From the IMG/VR virus record IMGVR_UViG_3300027971_002090, positions 1-45,805 of that record: 45,805 nucleotides of DNA. One strand, 5' to 3'. This document shows, one piece after another, positions 35,068 through 44,086 of the stretch. Below the pieces are notes generated by a model. The model had not been told where the DNA came from, did no database searches, and saw nothing but the letters and a program-made list of their open reading frames with translations. The first letter of the stretch is position 1, and each line of letters starts with the position of its first letter. A program made the translations under genes and the position numbers. Source of the DNA: a virus (lineage: Duplodnaviria; Caudoviricetes).

Positions 35068-37125
35068 TTAAGCCCCGACTTCGGTGAAGTTTACGCCTGT
35101 CTTTGTGGCAACAAAGTTCAGGGAGATGTAGTTGATGCTACGGGTTGGCTTGACAAAGATGTCAGCCACAAATTCGTTGCGATCAATTACTTCACCTGTA
35201 TTGTTGGTTTCATCGCATACCACCTTGAAGTCGGTGATGCCGCGACGCTGCTGAACCGTCTTGAGGAACGGAACCACAAGATTCTTGAACTGTGCGCGAG
35301 TGAACGAATCGTTCTGCTCGAACAAGAAGAACTTGGAAGCCGTGGCAATTGCCTTCTCAAGAACGATGAACAGACGGCGAACATTGATGCGGTCGAATGC
35401 AGATGGACGAGTCTGCATGGTCTTGTCTCCGAACAGGATTACGCCCTGTCCAGGGAACGAAACCACAGGATTCACTTGACGAGTATACAACTCATCACGA
35501 TGCGCTTCCTGCGAAGCATTGTACGCCAACTTGACCACATTCTTGATCTGACCACGGTTAAAGCCTGCGGGTGAGAACCAAGCCTCGTTGGTAAACTCGG
35601 TACGAGCAACGAGTCCTGCGGTGTCTGGATTCAGTGGGAGCAGACGAAGCAGGTTGTTGTAGGTATCAAGTTGGTACTTCCAACCGCTGTCGATAACTGC
35701 GTAAGACGAATTGATGTTGAAAGTGCTGTCGCGGAAAGCCTTGATGTTGTTCAGGGCTTCATACGGCAGTTTGTTTTCTACATCCGTCTGCGCGGGAGAG
35801 ATAAACGCTATGCAGTCAAGACGCTTTTCACACACATTCTGCACGATCAACTGTGCAAGAGTAGCGGAAGCGTTGCCCACTGGCAGAAGAGAAACATCAA
35901 CCGTATCAGCATCAGCAAACTTGCTCCATCCTGTAGACCAACGATCCGAATCCGTTGGGACAGAATCAACAGCACCCGTCAGACCAAGCGAGTTTATTTT
36001 ATCGCCAACAAGAGTTCCTGAATTGATGGCAGTCCAACTCGTAGTTGTTGCAGGATATCCTGCTCCACCATTGTTTCCTCCGAGATCAGCCTGCAATGCC
36101 CAAACATACTTGGACTTGTCGTTGATAACTGTGCGGTAATAATTCGATGCGCCGTCATAAGTACGAGCATCGGTAGCGCGTGACAAGCCTTCGTACTTCT
36201 CAAGAAGACCGTTCACCGTTCCTGTCCACTGACCATCCTTGTCAAGCACAAGAATGTTTACAAGATCGGCGGTTCCACCCGCATCGAAAGCATACGGAGT
36301 GGTTGTTGCGTTAGAACCAATGTACTTGGCGTATGCACTCTTGATGTTGAATGTGTTTCCAATTGCTTGTGCCTTGGGAAGAAGACCGTTGATCAACAGA
36401 CGAACAAAGGGTTGACCAGAACCACACGCACCGCTTGCACTGATGCCGCTTGTTACACCACCAATGAAATCATTGTATGATGCTGTTCTTCCCGTGAGAG
36501 TGGCACTAGCAGTCGTTCCGCTTTGAATACCGCTAACGGAAACAACTGTGCCGTCAGAAAAGATAATATCGTCGTTTACTGCGAAATAGCGAACCTGCGA
36601 CTGACCAGTGGTGTACATATCCAAATATGTCGCACCCTGAGCAGCAGCATATGCAAGAGATGCACCCGTGAGTCCCGTTCCATTGGTAGTAACAACCTTG
36701 ATGGAGTTACCAAGAATTCCAGGATACTTTGATGCAAAAAGAATTCCGTTTGCTGCTGGAGTAGACGCAGAAAGACCTGCGCTAGCACCAAAAGCCACAT
36801 CGTTATTGATTGTGAGTGCAGCCTGGAAGCCACCAGTACCTGTAACCGATGCATTCTTTGCACTGCTTCCCACAACGCGAACCACCTGACAACGGTTTCC
36901 GTAGTTCAGGAAGTTGCCTGCTGTGAAGAAGTCCACATAGTTGGTGTTGGATGGCTTGCCAAAGATGTTGGCAAGTTCCGTCTGCTGTGTAACCGTGACG
37001 ATCTGATCCACTGGTCCCCAGTGAAAGTAGCCAGCAAAACCACCAGGGGTGGTTGCAACTGCGGGGACAACGGTGGTCAGGTCGATTTCTTTGATGCTTA
37101 CGCCAGGGCTTACTCTAAATGCCAT
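35068..37125 (-). CDS. 18: Tail sheath protein gp18
   Basis: SPGVSIKEIDLT, F.WGP, WFSPAGFNRG, LFGDKT, SAFDRINVRRLF, FVKPTRSINYI.LNFVA. Confidence 0.97.
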   Translation of the reverse strand: MAFRVSPGVSIKEIDLTTVVPAVATTPGGFAGYFHWGPVDQIVTVTQQTELANIFGKPSNTNYVDFFTAGNFLNYGNRCQVVRVVGSSAKNASVTGTGGFQAALTINNDVAFGASAGLSASTPAANGILFASKYPGILGNSIKVVTTNGTGLTGASLAYAAAQGATYLDMYTTGQSQVRYFAVNDDIIFSDGTVVSVSGIQSGTTASATLTGRTASYNDFIGGVTSGISASGACGSGQPFVRLLINGLLPKAQAIGNTFNIKSAYAKYIGSNATTTPYAFDAGGTADLVNILVLDKDGQWTGTVNGLLEKYEGLSRATDARTYDGASNYYRTVINDKSKYVWALQADLGGNNGGAGYPATTTSWTAINSGTLVGDKINSLGLTGAVDSVPTDSDRWSTGWSKFADADTVDVSLLPVGNASATLAQLIVQNVCEKRLDCIAFISPAQTDVENKLPYEALNNIKAFRDSTFNINSSYAVIDSGWKYQLDTYNNLLRLLPLNPDTAGLVARTEFTNEAWFSPAGFNRGQIKNVVKLAYNASQEAHRDELYTRQVNPVVSFPGQGVILFGDKTMQTRPSAFDRINVRRLFIVLEKAIATASKFFLFEQNDSFTRAQFKNLVVPFLKTVQQRRGITDFKVVCDETNNTGEVIDRNEFVADIFVKPTRSINYISLNFVATKTGVNFTEVGA

Positions 37126-37179
37126 TTTCGGTTCTCCTTCGTGAAGAAGTCATTGCTTTGGGTGACTGCGCTTCTAGTG

Positions 37180-37186
37180 TATGTAT
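37180..37186 (-). promoter_or_regulatory. Putative variant late promoter ATACATA upstream of gene 18
   Basis: In the gene 17-18 intergenic region; same TA(C/A)ATA core as the other sites. Confidence 0.5.
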
Positions 37187-37218
37187 TATTTTGAAGGATT
37201 CACATACGGTTTTGTGTA

Positions 37219-38889
37219 TCAGAAACTCCACCCCATATCTATGTTTTCATCTTTTCCGCCCTTCCATGTTGTGCCGTTTCCGTCCACCACGATATTGTCC
37301 ACAACACCATCATCCACAAAGCCAAAAGGGGTCATTTCTTCTTCCAAATTTTTCATTTGATCTTCGTACAGGTCTTTACGGATATCACTGCCTGTAATTT
37401 GCTTGAAATAGGCTTGGGTGGTCAACCAACCAAACAGCACGAGCGTCATCACCAAGTCATCGTGGTGGTTGTCTTCCGCTTCAAACGAGTCGCCCTTCGC
37501 AACAAACGAGCAGAACTCGTCCACCGTGTTGAAGTCTTCCACAATAAGTTTGGTGTCTTCAACCAGATTCTTCAGAATGGAGCAGCCGATGCGCTTTACA
37601 GCCGTGGAGGTCTTGACACCCTTCATGGAAGACCCCTTGCCGCCGAAGCCACCATTCACCACTTGACCCTTGCGTCCCTGCATGGACACATAGATCACAT
37701 TGTCGTATTCCAGATCATCATGCAGAATGTCCGCTACCTGACCGCCAATGTCGTTCACCTCCACCAAGCAGTACGCATTGTTGTACTGCCGCAGAATAGG
37801 ATAGATGGCATTGGGGTACAACATGGGCGGCATTTCGTTGTTGCGGAAAGTAGCCACCACCCGATACGGAATAGCCGTGACATCAATCACGGAGTAGGCG
37901 TGGTAGTCGAGTCCCTGTCCCCGCGCCGTGTCCACCACCGTGACATACTTGTGGTCGGGCAGGGGGCGTTGGTACACGCGCAGCCCCTCGTTGTTGAAAT
38001 ATTCAGGAGTGCGGTACACCATGCACTTGATTTTTTCAGGATGCACCAGTGTGTGCATGGAGCCAAGAAATTGACACTCAAACTCGGTGCGGAACTGCTC
38101 TGCTGAAGTATTGGAAATGGTCTGCTTTTTCCACGCTTCGTCACGACCAGGCACATCGCTCCAGTGGACTTCCACGGGATAGTACTCGTTCTTGCCTTCT
38201 TCACCAGGCTTCTTGTTGGCGTTCACCCAGAAGCGGTAGAACATATTCAAGCCCTTGGGCGTGGAGATGATTGTGACCTTGGTGCTTTGACCGCTAGTAA
38301 TGGTTGGATACACGGACGAGAAAAACTCTTCTGCCACATTCTGTGGCACATACGCAAACTCGTCAAGAAAGATGTAGTTGAACGATCCGCCACGCACCGC
38401 AGACGAAGAGGTGGCTGACGCAAGAATCTTGGAGCCGTTCTCCAGTACGATTGATCCCTTGTTCCACTCCACCACGCCCTGCTGCAACCACATGGGCAGG
38501 TACTCATAGGCTAGTTTAAGGCGACCCAGCAGTTCGCGGGCGGTATTCAGTTTGTTGGCTAGGATAGCCACGCTCATGCTTTGGTTGAACAGCACATAGT
38601 GTAGTAGATACGAAATGATTGTGGTGGACTTGCCTGTCTGACGGGGCAGTTTACCAATCACGAAGCGATTCTTGTGAATGGCTTCAATCATGTCCTCTTG
38701 GAAGTCATACGGCTCAAACGGAACCAAGCCCTTGTCCAGTGACACGATCTTCACATAATTTCGGATGAAGTACATGGGGTCTTGAGAGCATTTCACATAC
38801 TCTTCAATCTGCTCGGGTGAGAAGTTGACATTCACACCCGCTGCCTTCAGGTTGGAGTTTCCAAGATATTTGTTGCTCTTGTTACTCAC
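37219..38889 (-). CDS. 17: Terminase large subunit gp17
   Basis: YLGNSNLK, PRQTGKST, FLDEFA, STPKG.N.FY, VDTARG, HDDLVM. No intein or intron evident from the length. Confidence 0.97.
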   Translation of the reverse strand: MSNKSNKYLGNSNLKAAGVNVNFSPEQIEEYVKCSQDPMYFIRNYVKIVSLDKGLVPFEPYDFQEDMIEAIHKNRFVIGKLPRQTGKSTTIISYLLHYVLFNQSMSVAILANKLNTARELLGRLKLAYEYLPMWLQQGVVEWNKGSIVLENGSKILASATSSSAVRGGSFNYIFLDEFAYVPQNVAEEFFSSVYPTITSGQSTKVTIISTPKGLNMFYRFWVNANKKPGEEGKNEYYPVEVHWSDVPGRDEAWKKQTISNTSAEQFRTEFECQFLGSMHTLVHPEKIKCMVYRTPEYFNNEGLRVYQRPLPDHKYVTVVDTARGQGLDYHAYSVIDVTAIPYRVVATFRNNEMPPMLYPNAIYPILRQYNNAYCLVEVNDIGGQVADILHDDLEYDNVIYVSMQGRKGQVVNGGFGGKGSSMKGVKTSTAVKRIGCSILKNLVEDTKLIVEDFNTVDEFCSFVAKGDSFEAEDNHHDDLVMTLVLFGWLTTQAYFKQITGSDIRKDLYEDQMKNLEEEMTPFGFVDDGVVDNIVVDGNGTTWKGGKDENIDMGWSF

Positions 38890-39382
38890 TCGTCTTGTCC
38901 TCCGCTATGATATCGCGCACATCAGGGCGGTTGTCAAACGCCTTGGTGGAAGAACGCGCCGAATTGATAATGTCCTGAAGTTCTTTCGTGGAACCCACAT
39001 AGATGGACTGATTGGTGGTGCTGTTGTTCGTCACGCTCTGATCCACCTTGCGGATGGTCTTCACGCGGTTGTGCAGATCCATGAGTTCCCGATTGGTTTC
39101 AGAAAGCGTCTTGATCATTTGGGCTACAACTTCATAAGCCCGTGGCGAGTCGCCTTCTTGGGCTACCGCAATCACGCCGTCTAGCGCGTTCTTACCCATG
39201 TTCACGAGTTCTTTCAGGTTCTCGCGCACCACATCGTAGTCGGTTTTGAGATCCTTTTCTAGTTTCTCGTCTGTGAGAGGAACAGGATCAACCTTGGCAA
39301 GAACTGCATGGGGAGGAATCACAACAGGTGGTTTCACAGGCTCTGCTCCCAGAGCCTTTTCAATGCTATCAAACCCACTCAT
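38882..39382 (-). CDS. 16: Terminase small subunit gp16
   Basis: DY..VRENL..L...G..AL, SPRAYEV, TTNQSIYVGST.ELQ. Confidence 0.9.
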   Translation of the reverse strand: MSGFDSIEKALGAEPVKPPVVIPPHAVLAKVDPVPLTDEKLEKDLKTDYDVVRENLKELVNMGKNALDGVIAVAQEGDSPRAYEVVAQMIKTLSETNRELMDLHNRVKTIRKVDQSVTNNSTTNQSIYVGSTKELQDIINSARSSTKAFDNRPDVRDIIAEDKTSE

Positions 39383-39392
39383 GGTCTACTCC

Positions 39393-40262
39393 TTAAATAT
39401 TCCAGTCCACAGTTATTCCACCCGATGCCATTCTTGCCGAGTATGTAGAGCCTCCACCTGACTGCGGCTGATACACTTTCGCGTATGGGGTGTAGTTGTT
39501 TGCATTGGAACTCGCCCCACTTGGACCAGTGATGCCGTCAATGACAAGAACATAACTGGGTTTGTCTGTAGTGTTTCCTGGATTGTAGGTAATGCCACCC
39601 ACAAACGAATCACCAAACACATCGTAATTCCACAACCCTGCCTGCACCACACGAATCTCTTTGTAGTTCTTGGATGGACCAAACAGATAGGTCTTCATCG
39701 TGAAGTTCAAGGTGAACACAATGCTGCGACGGCTCTCAAAATCACCTTCATAATCTTCTTCGGTGGAAACCGAATTAAGATAGATGGGAACATCAACCTT
39801 TTTGTTGATGTCGTCAAAGTTCACAGTGACCACGAATTCAGGAGTAAAGAACGGCAGAATTTGCTCAATGATACGCAATCCATCGTCCATGTTTCGCACA
39901 TACACATATAGTCCAAAGTCAATGTTGTATGGAACCTCTGCGTGGGTGTAGTCCACACCGCTTGGATTCCCTGTGGTCGGAAGAATCATGTGACGAGTCA
40001 CGCTGTTGCGCTTGCGATTTGCGTCATAAGCGTATCCAGTAATTTCAAACGCTATGCGCGGAAGGGTAATCTGATTGGGATTGTTCAGGTATGGATCACC
40101 CGCAAGCCGCACTTTATACTTCTCTTTTGGAGCATACGAAATAGGAACAAGCAGGGTCTTTTGCCCATCGCTTTCTGTGCGGTCAATGTAGATTTGGTTG
40201 AACAGCGAACCAAAAGCCACCACCATGCGCCGAATGGAGCCGTTGTAGAATCGGGTAAACAT
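39393..40262 (-). CDS. 15: Tail sheath stabiliser/completion protein gp15 with C-terminal extension
   Basis: FYN..IRR.VVAFGSLFN, VPISYAPKEK, ITLPRIAFE, VPYN, EQILPFF.P, YEGDF..RR, KTYLFGP. Confidence 0.93.
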   Translation of the reverse strand: MFTRFYNGSIRRMVVAFGSLFNQIYIDRTESDGQKTLLVPISYAPKEKYKVRLAGDPYLNNPNQITLPRIAFEITGYAYDANRKRNSVTRHMILPTTGNPSGVDYTHAEVPYNIDFGLYVYVRNMDDGLRIIEQILPFFTPEFVVTVNFDDINKKVDVPIYLNSVSTEEDYEGDFESRRSIVFTLNFTMKTYLFGPSKNYKEIRVVQAGLWNYDVFGDSFVGGITYNPGNTTDKPSYVLVIDGITGPSGASSNANNYTPYAKVYQPQSGGGSTYSARMASGGITVDWNI

Positions 40263-41146
40263 TAGTAGTTACCCTCCGAGAACGGATCAGCATCAGTGAA
40301 ATCAAAGATGTTGTCCCGCTTCTGCTCTAGATCCAACTGCTCGTTGTCCTGTTGATCTTGGTGTCCTGCGCGAATGGTTGTGTCGTACACGCCCGTGATG
40401 GGATAAGTAACTCCTGTTAGAGTACCCGTCAAGACATCGCCCACTTGGAACACGCCCTCGCGGAGATTCACAAGCACGCTCTTGGAGCCAAGCACTGGGC
40501 TGGTGTAGGTGTTCACATTTCCATAAGCCTTCTTGAGTGAAAGCGTTCCTGTATACACCTCTTCGCCAAGCGTGTACACACCGCTGCCGCTACCAAGGGT
40601 GAGTCCTACCAAATACGAAGAGGTAGTGTTCATAATCTTGTCCATCTCTGTCTCGCCCGTGTTCATCTTTTCGTGGTTGTACTTGAACACTTCGCAACTC
40701 AACTTGAAAGAGTAGCGGTCGCCGCCTGGATAGAACGGGTTGTCGTGCTTCACAAACTTAATTTCAAACATGGAATACGGATAGTCGAAGAAGATGATGT
40801 CGCCTTCGCGTGGACGACCAAGCCTGCGAATGTCATCATGGTAGCCCATGACATCCATGAACCGCTTGCGGGACACAATGAATGTGGCTGAGTCTTTGAC
40901 ATCCAAACCAAAGCGGCTCATTTCAGAATCGCCCTCATAGCCTTCGGCATTTTCCAAATACATTTCGATGCGGCTCGAATCCACGAACTGAGAAATCTCT
41001 TCACCAAGAATAGTATCTTCCGTGACCTTCTCGCGTGGCAAATAGATCATCTCGTGACCGTGGATTTTTATAGCCTCGGTCGTGAGCGATTCAATCAGGG
41101 TCTGCTCACCCTTTTTGTTCCTGCGAAAATACGGGTTTACTGTCAT
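40262..41146 (-). CDS. 14: Neck protein gp14
   Basis: NPYF, EQ.LIESL..EAIKI.G, YLPRE, IEMY, FG, RPREGD.I, FEIKFV, DF...DPFSE. Confidence 0.93.
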   Translation of the reverse strand: MTVNPYFRRNKKGEQTLIESLTTEAIKIHGHEMIYLPREKVTEDTILGEEISQFVDSSRIEMYLENAEGYEGDSEMSRFGLDVKDSATFIVSRKRFMDVMGYHDDIRRLGRPREGDIIFFDYPYSMFEIKFVKHDNPFYPGGDRYSFKLSCEVFKYNHEKMNTGETEMDKIMNTTSSYLVGLTLGSGSGVYTLGEEVYTGTLSLKKAYGNVNTYTSPVLGSKSVLVNLREGVFQVGDVLTGTLTGVTYPITGVYDTTIRAGHQDQQDNEQLDLEQKRDNIFDFTDADPFSEGNY

Positions 41147-41148
41147 GC

Positions 41149-41913
41149 TTATCCTGTAATGAAGTCAGGCGGTTCCTGATATTTGAGCAGCACATCTTCT
41201 TCAATCTTGGTGATTTCTTCCAAGGCTTCCTGATAGATGCGCTGCCCATTGAATGTAATGTTTCCTGGCAGCGGGATGCCCTCAAACTTGGAGAGGTTAG
41301 CACCCCACTGCCTTTTGATTAGTGCCGTTGCGTACTTTTTTAGCATCGGGTCATCATAAATTTCACTGTATGTGTCGGGATCAAGCGATGTGTACGCTTC
41401 AATGAGCAGGAACTGCCCCGTGACAAAATCCTGCCAGTTCATGTGGATGGTGAGTTTGTTGGCGTAGCGGCTGAACTGCGTCTGCTTCTCGGGATCAAGC
41501 AGTTGCTGCAACATCTCAATGTACTGCATGGTAGACACGAAGAAGTTCAGGTTCATCTGTCCTGTACGCAGACCGTAAAAGTCGTTCAGTGCCATCTGAT
41601 AGCGCACATTGAACACATTGTTCAACTGTAGATTAAAGCCCACCTGAAACACACGGCTGATGGAGATGATTTTTTCGCCGTCCGCAGCAATAGAATCGGT
41701 ATTGATGTATCCGTTGGTCTTGTCCTGTGCGGTAACCTGATACTTGTAGTACCGCTTCTCGCTTGCAAAGGAATTCCAGTCAATGAAATAGCGCAAAGCC
41801 TCGTCAATGCGGTCTTCCACCTGCTGGTCGTCCACATTGATTTCAATTACAGGTGCGCCCAGTGAGCGCAGGCAGTAATCTTTTAGTTCTTGTCGTGTGC
41901 GGGGATGCGCCAT
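41149..41913 (-). CDS. 13: Neck protein gp13
   Basis: P.TRQEL.DYCLR.LGAPVIEINVDD.QVEDRIDEAL, LKKYATALIKRQWG.NL.KF.G..LPG, G..IY..A..EI. Confidence 0.95.
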   Translation of the reverse strand: MAHPRTRQELKDYCLRSLGAPVIEINVDDQQVEDRIDEALRYFIDWNSFASEKRYYKYQVTAQDKTNGYINTDSIAADGEKIISISRVFQVGFNLQLNNVFNVRYQMALNDFYGLRTGQMNLNFFVSTMQYIEMLQQLLDPEKQTQFSRYANKLTIHMNWQDFVTGQFLLIEAYTSLDPDTYSEIYDDPMLKKYATALIKRQWGANLSKFEGIPLPGNITFNGQRIYQEALEEITKIEEDVLLKYQEPPDFITG

Positions 41914-41931
41914 TCCGTTCTCCTTTACCTT

Positions 41932-41938
41932 TATTTAG
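41932..41938 (-). promoter_or_regulatory. Putative late promoter CTAAATA upstream of gene 13
   Basis: Intergenic, followed by SD AAAGGAG. Confidence 0.65.
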
Positions 41939-41950
41939 AAGACGGCGGGG

Positions 41951-42220
41951 CTACTCCCGTTCGGATTCTAGTCTAGCAACAAGACGAGCCAGTTCCCCCT
42001 CACGGTTGCAGATACGGTCACATTCCGCATCGGTGGACGGCAAGTACAGCAGATTATGCCCGTCCGTGATGTAGTGCTTGACCCCGCGCTCGTACACCCG
42101 AGTATGGAATCCGTGTGGGGCAGAGTACCGTGGCTCAACCTTTAAGAAATCCTCAAAACGATACTTGTTGTCGTTTATCTGAACTTCTCCACCTGTTCCA
42201 TAATGTATGAGTTTCATCAC
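41951..42220 (-). CDS. Hypothetical 88-89 aa protein
   Basis: ORF overlapping the stop of the LamG-domain gene; start GTG 42220 or ATG 42217. Confidence 0.6.
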   Translation of the reverse strand: MMKLIHYGTGGEVQINDNKYRFEDFLKVEPRYSAPHGFHTRVYERGVKHYITDGHNLLYLPSTDAECDRICNREGELARLVARLESERE

Positions 42221-44049
42221 AGTTCTCCAAACGCCTCAATTCCCTTGGGATTTACGGTATTCTGTGTTTCGGGTGTATTGGTCTTCTTCGTTGCCTTTGC
42301 CTTGCCTGTTAGATACAGGAAACCGTTTGTTGTAAGAGCAGGAGCAAGTTTGTTCACCAATCCTTCGGCAGAGAAGCCGTTCAACTGATATAGGTTGGAT
42401 GTTAGTGTGGTTCCTGCAATACTATTACGAAGGTTTGTTCCCTGTATGAACGCAGCCGTCTGATATCTGATCACATCGGCATACAGATTTTTCACTCCGC
42501 CAGTGGAGAAGGTGTACATATTTCCTTCAAAGTCCGACAGTGTGTAGGTAGCCGTGCTGCCACTAACAATAATGTTGTCGTAGATGCTACGCAACACACT
42601 CACATTAGAGATTGTGGGCAAGAACGAGAATGTTCTGCCAGAGAATGACGCAGACGGACCACCAAACAAGTTCTTAAAATCGCCTGATGCTCCACAGGTT
42701 CCACGCATGGCAGTAGATCCAACCAAGTACGCAATGGTGTGATCCACCAAGCAGCCCTTTACCTTTTGTGCGTCTGTGAGCGCAGCCACTGTGGAAGTGA
42801 CTCCGTAAACCACCATGCACGCACCACTGTCGTAGCCAAACAGGTATCCTGCGCTGCCGCCTGATGCGGTGTGTCCACCGTCAACTCCCGAAAACAGAGT
42901 AACGCCGTGAACCGATGTGTTTTCGCGTGTAAGGTTGGCTACACCGAGTCTACCACCAAGGGGATCAGTGAAACTAACCGCCGACACGATACGCTTGGTG
43001 CTTAGGCACGGGAACAGACTGCTCCCGAGAGGACCGTTCATCGTCATGCTGTATACAGTGTAGTCTCCTGCAAACTGAATGGGTTCAACGGGTGCAGTTG
43101 CGCCGTGGGTGAATTCACGCAGGGCAAGGGTAACTCCACCCATGCTGACCATGATGTGTTCAAGCCATCCCTTGAGAGGCTTGTCTCCCGAAGCACCGCT
43201 GCCAACCATGAAATAGCCCGTGCTGTTTCGGATGTTTCCTGTGAATCCGCTTGCAACAGCGTTTCGTGTTCCGTTCCAATAGGTGGAAACCGAAGCAGAA
43301 GATCCCTGATTTGAGTACGCAATCGCAAACTGATGCCACTGATTTAGTGTGACCCCGTTGGCAGGACACACATTTACGATGGTCTGATACCCCGCGCTGC
43401 TATAAGGAGCAGGAGAGAAATGGAACTGCAACTGCTTGCTGCTTGTGTCGTATTCCAATCGGAATGAGTCATTGGTGCTGTTCGTTTTTCCGTCTGCACT
43501 ACGAGTCACGATGATGGGATCGTATGCAGTGGTCGGTTCGCTCTCCAGATACATGAATCCCGACAAGCAGAAATACGGCATACTTGTTGTGGTGAAAGCA
43601 GGCAACTGAACGCCTGCTGCCTTTGTATCTGTGTCAAGATACGATCCCTTGCACTGCAAAGACCGATTTCCAAGTTCCGTTCCCGTGAGTCCAATGGTTC
43701 CGATGGTGGGAAGATATTCCGCAGCACTAATTCCGTTAAGTGCAAGACCATTGACAAGCACAGGAATATATTGCGACTGCACCACCTGTTCGTTGATATT
43801 GAATGTGCCTGTTATGGCTCCGTTCAGAATCTGTTCCGTTGCAGGATTGACCGACACCAACCGATTTGCGGTGGAGCCGTCTGGCTGCAAAAAGGCGCGA
43901 AAGGTGTCAAGACCACGCAGATCACTGTCCGCAATCAGCGGAGTTTCAGCACTAGAAAACGCGGACGGTGAGAAGGCGGACGAGTCGTATCCGTATACTT
44001 CTCGCGCAACTTCTCCGTTTGATCCTAGAACTATGAGTTTCTTGTTCAT
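42217..44049 (-). CDS. Virion-associated protein with LamG/concanavalin-A-like domain
   Basis: FCLSGFMYL, LNQWHQFAIAY, TYWNG, FMVGS....PLKGWLEHI pattern of LamG folds; Gly/Ser/Thr-rich; upstream of the neck genes. Confidence 0.7.
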   Translation of the reverse strand: MNKKLIVLGSNGEVAREVYGYDSSAFSPSAFSSAETPLIADSDLRGLDTFRAFLQPDGSTANRLVSVNPATEQILNGAITGTFNINEQVVQSQYIPVLVNGLALNGISAAEYLPTIGTIGLTGTELGNRSLQCKGSYLDTDTKAAGVQLPAFTTTSMPYFCLSGFMYLESEPTTAYDPIIVTRSADGKTNSTNDSFRLEYDTSSKQLQFHFSPAPYSSAGYQTIVNVCPANGVTLNQWHQFAIAYSNQGSSASVSTYWNGTRNAVASGFTGNIRNSTGYFMVGSGASGDKPLKGWLEHIMVSMGGVTLALREFTHGATAPVEPIQFAGDYTVYSMTMNGPLGSSLFPCLSTKRIVSAVSFTDPLGGRLGVANLTRENTSVHGVTLFSGVDGGHTASGGSAGYLFGYDSGACMVVYGVTSTVAALTDAQKVKGCLVDHTIAYLVGSTAMRGTCGASGDFKNLFGGPSASFSGRTFSFLPTISNVSVLRSIYDNIIVSGSTATYTLSDFEGNMYTFSTGGVKNLYADVIRYQTAAFIQGTNLRNSIAGTTLTSNLYQLNGFSAEGLVNKLAPALTTNGFLYLTGKAKATKKTNTPETQNTVNPKGIEAFGEL

Positions 44050-44086
44050 GTGTTGCCTGTTAGTGGTGCTTCAGTTTGAATTAGAT

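Noticed and set aside
20149-38106. Long plus-strand ORFs (e.g. 20149-20886, 23219-23875, 26017-26844, 30178-30984, 33015-33590, 37357-38106)
   Set aside because: Each lies antisense to a well-recognised T4 core gene and has no recognisable motifs; these are shadow ORFs from codon bias.
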